The notes beneath the pieces are model-generated. The model was not told the origin of the DNA. It did no database searches and saw only the letters and a list, made by a program, of their open reading frames with translations. DNA of 64,000 bases from a virus (lineage: Duplodnaviria; Caudoviricetes): IMG/VR virus record IMGVR_UViG_3300037312_000330, positions 32,001 to 96,000 of that record; one strand, given 5' to 3'. Both the position numbers and the translations under genes were made by a program. Shown here one piece after another: positions 63,764 to 64,000 of the stretch. Positions within the stretch are counted from its first letter, which is position 1, and each line of letters begins with the position of its first letter.

Positions 63764-64000
63764 ATGGAAACTCTGAACACCCTGTTCATCCCGGCTATGC
63801 TGGAAAATGTCGAGCATGGTGCTGTCGTCGGTCACCTCATCGTTCCCGAAGGAATGGTCAAACGTGAGACCTACGAAGTCGCTGCATGGTTCCGTGACCA
63901 TGCGCTGATTCCTGGAACGTACGAGGTCCGGTACGAACGGTACGACGGTTATCCGTATCACTATCTGCGTACTGAAGTGCCGTCGCGTATCAAGGCCGCA
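63764..64000 (+). CDS. Early hypothetical protein (partial, runs off right edge)
   Basis: AGGAG RBS; METLNTLFIPAMLENV... open to window end. Confidence 0.6.
   Translation, partial: METLNTLFIPAMLENVEHGAVVGHLIVPEGMVKRETYEVAAWFRDHALIPGTYEVRYERYDGYPYHYLRTEVPSRIKAA

Overview
64-kb segment of a large lytic contractile-tailed dsDNA phage (myovirus). From memory, the head/tail gene order and MCP resemble Y3/JA11/RSL1/PaBG/Lu11-like jumbo phages; a proteobacterial host is inferred. There are four blocks. (1) 1-33.2 kb, minus strand: complete virion module (tail fibres, holin-like gene, baseplate, SLT, tape measure with M15 peptidase, tail chaperone, tubes, HNH, sheath, neck, MCP, decoration, scaffold). 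(2) 33.4-53.7 kb, plus strand: accessory genes (NADAR, Ff-gpII-like rolling-circle initiator behind palindromic repeats, WYL, PcfJ-like, two GT-A-like proteins, two HAD nucleotidases, PC4-like) plus an intergenic group I ribozyme. (3) 52.9-59.3 kb: RNA-rich island with a DUF7873-like gene followed by two circularly permuted tRNA-like RNAs, groES, 13 tRNAs, further tRNA mimics, structured RNAs, a truncated haemoglobin and a QueC-like gene. (4) After 60.8 kb: a visibly more GC-rich early-type region behind a sigma70 promoter. The best candidate for an undescribed system is the DUF7873-like protein with its tandem permuted tRNA-like (Y-RNA-like) RNAs. Other strong signals are the free-standing group I ribozyme, the inovirus-type Rep, two recoded duplicated gene starts in the tail operon, and a CCC-UAA +1 frameshift in the tail chaperone. 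All family assignments come from motif recognition by eye; no searches were run.
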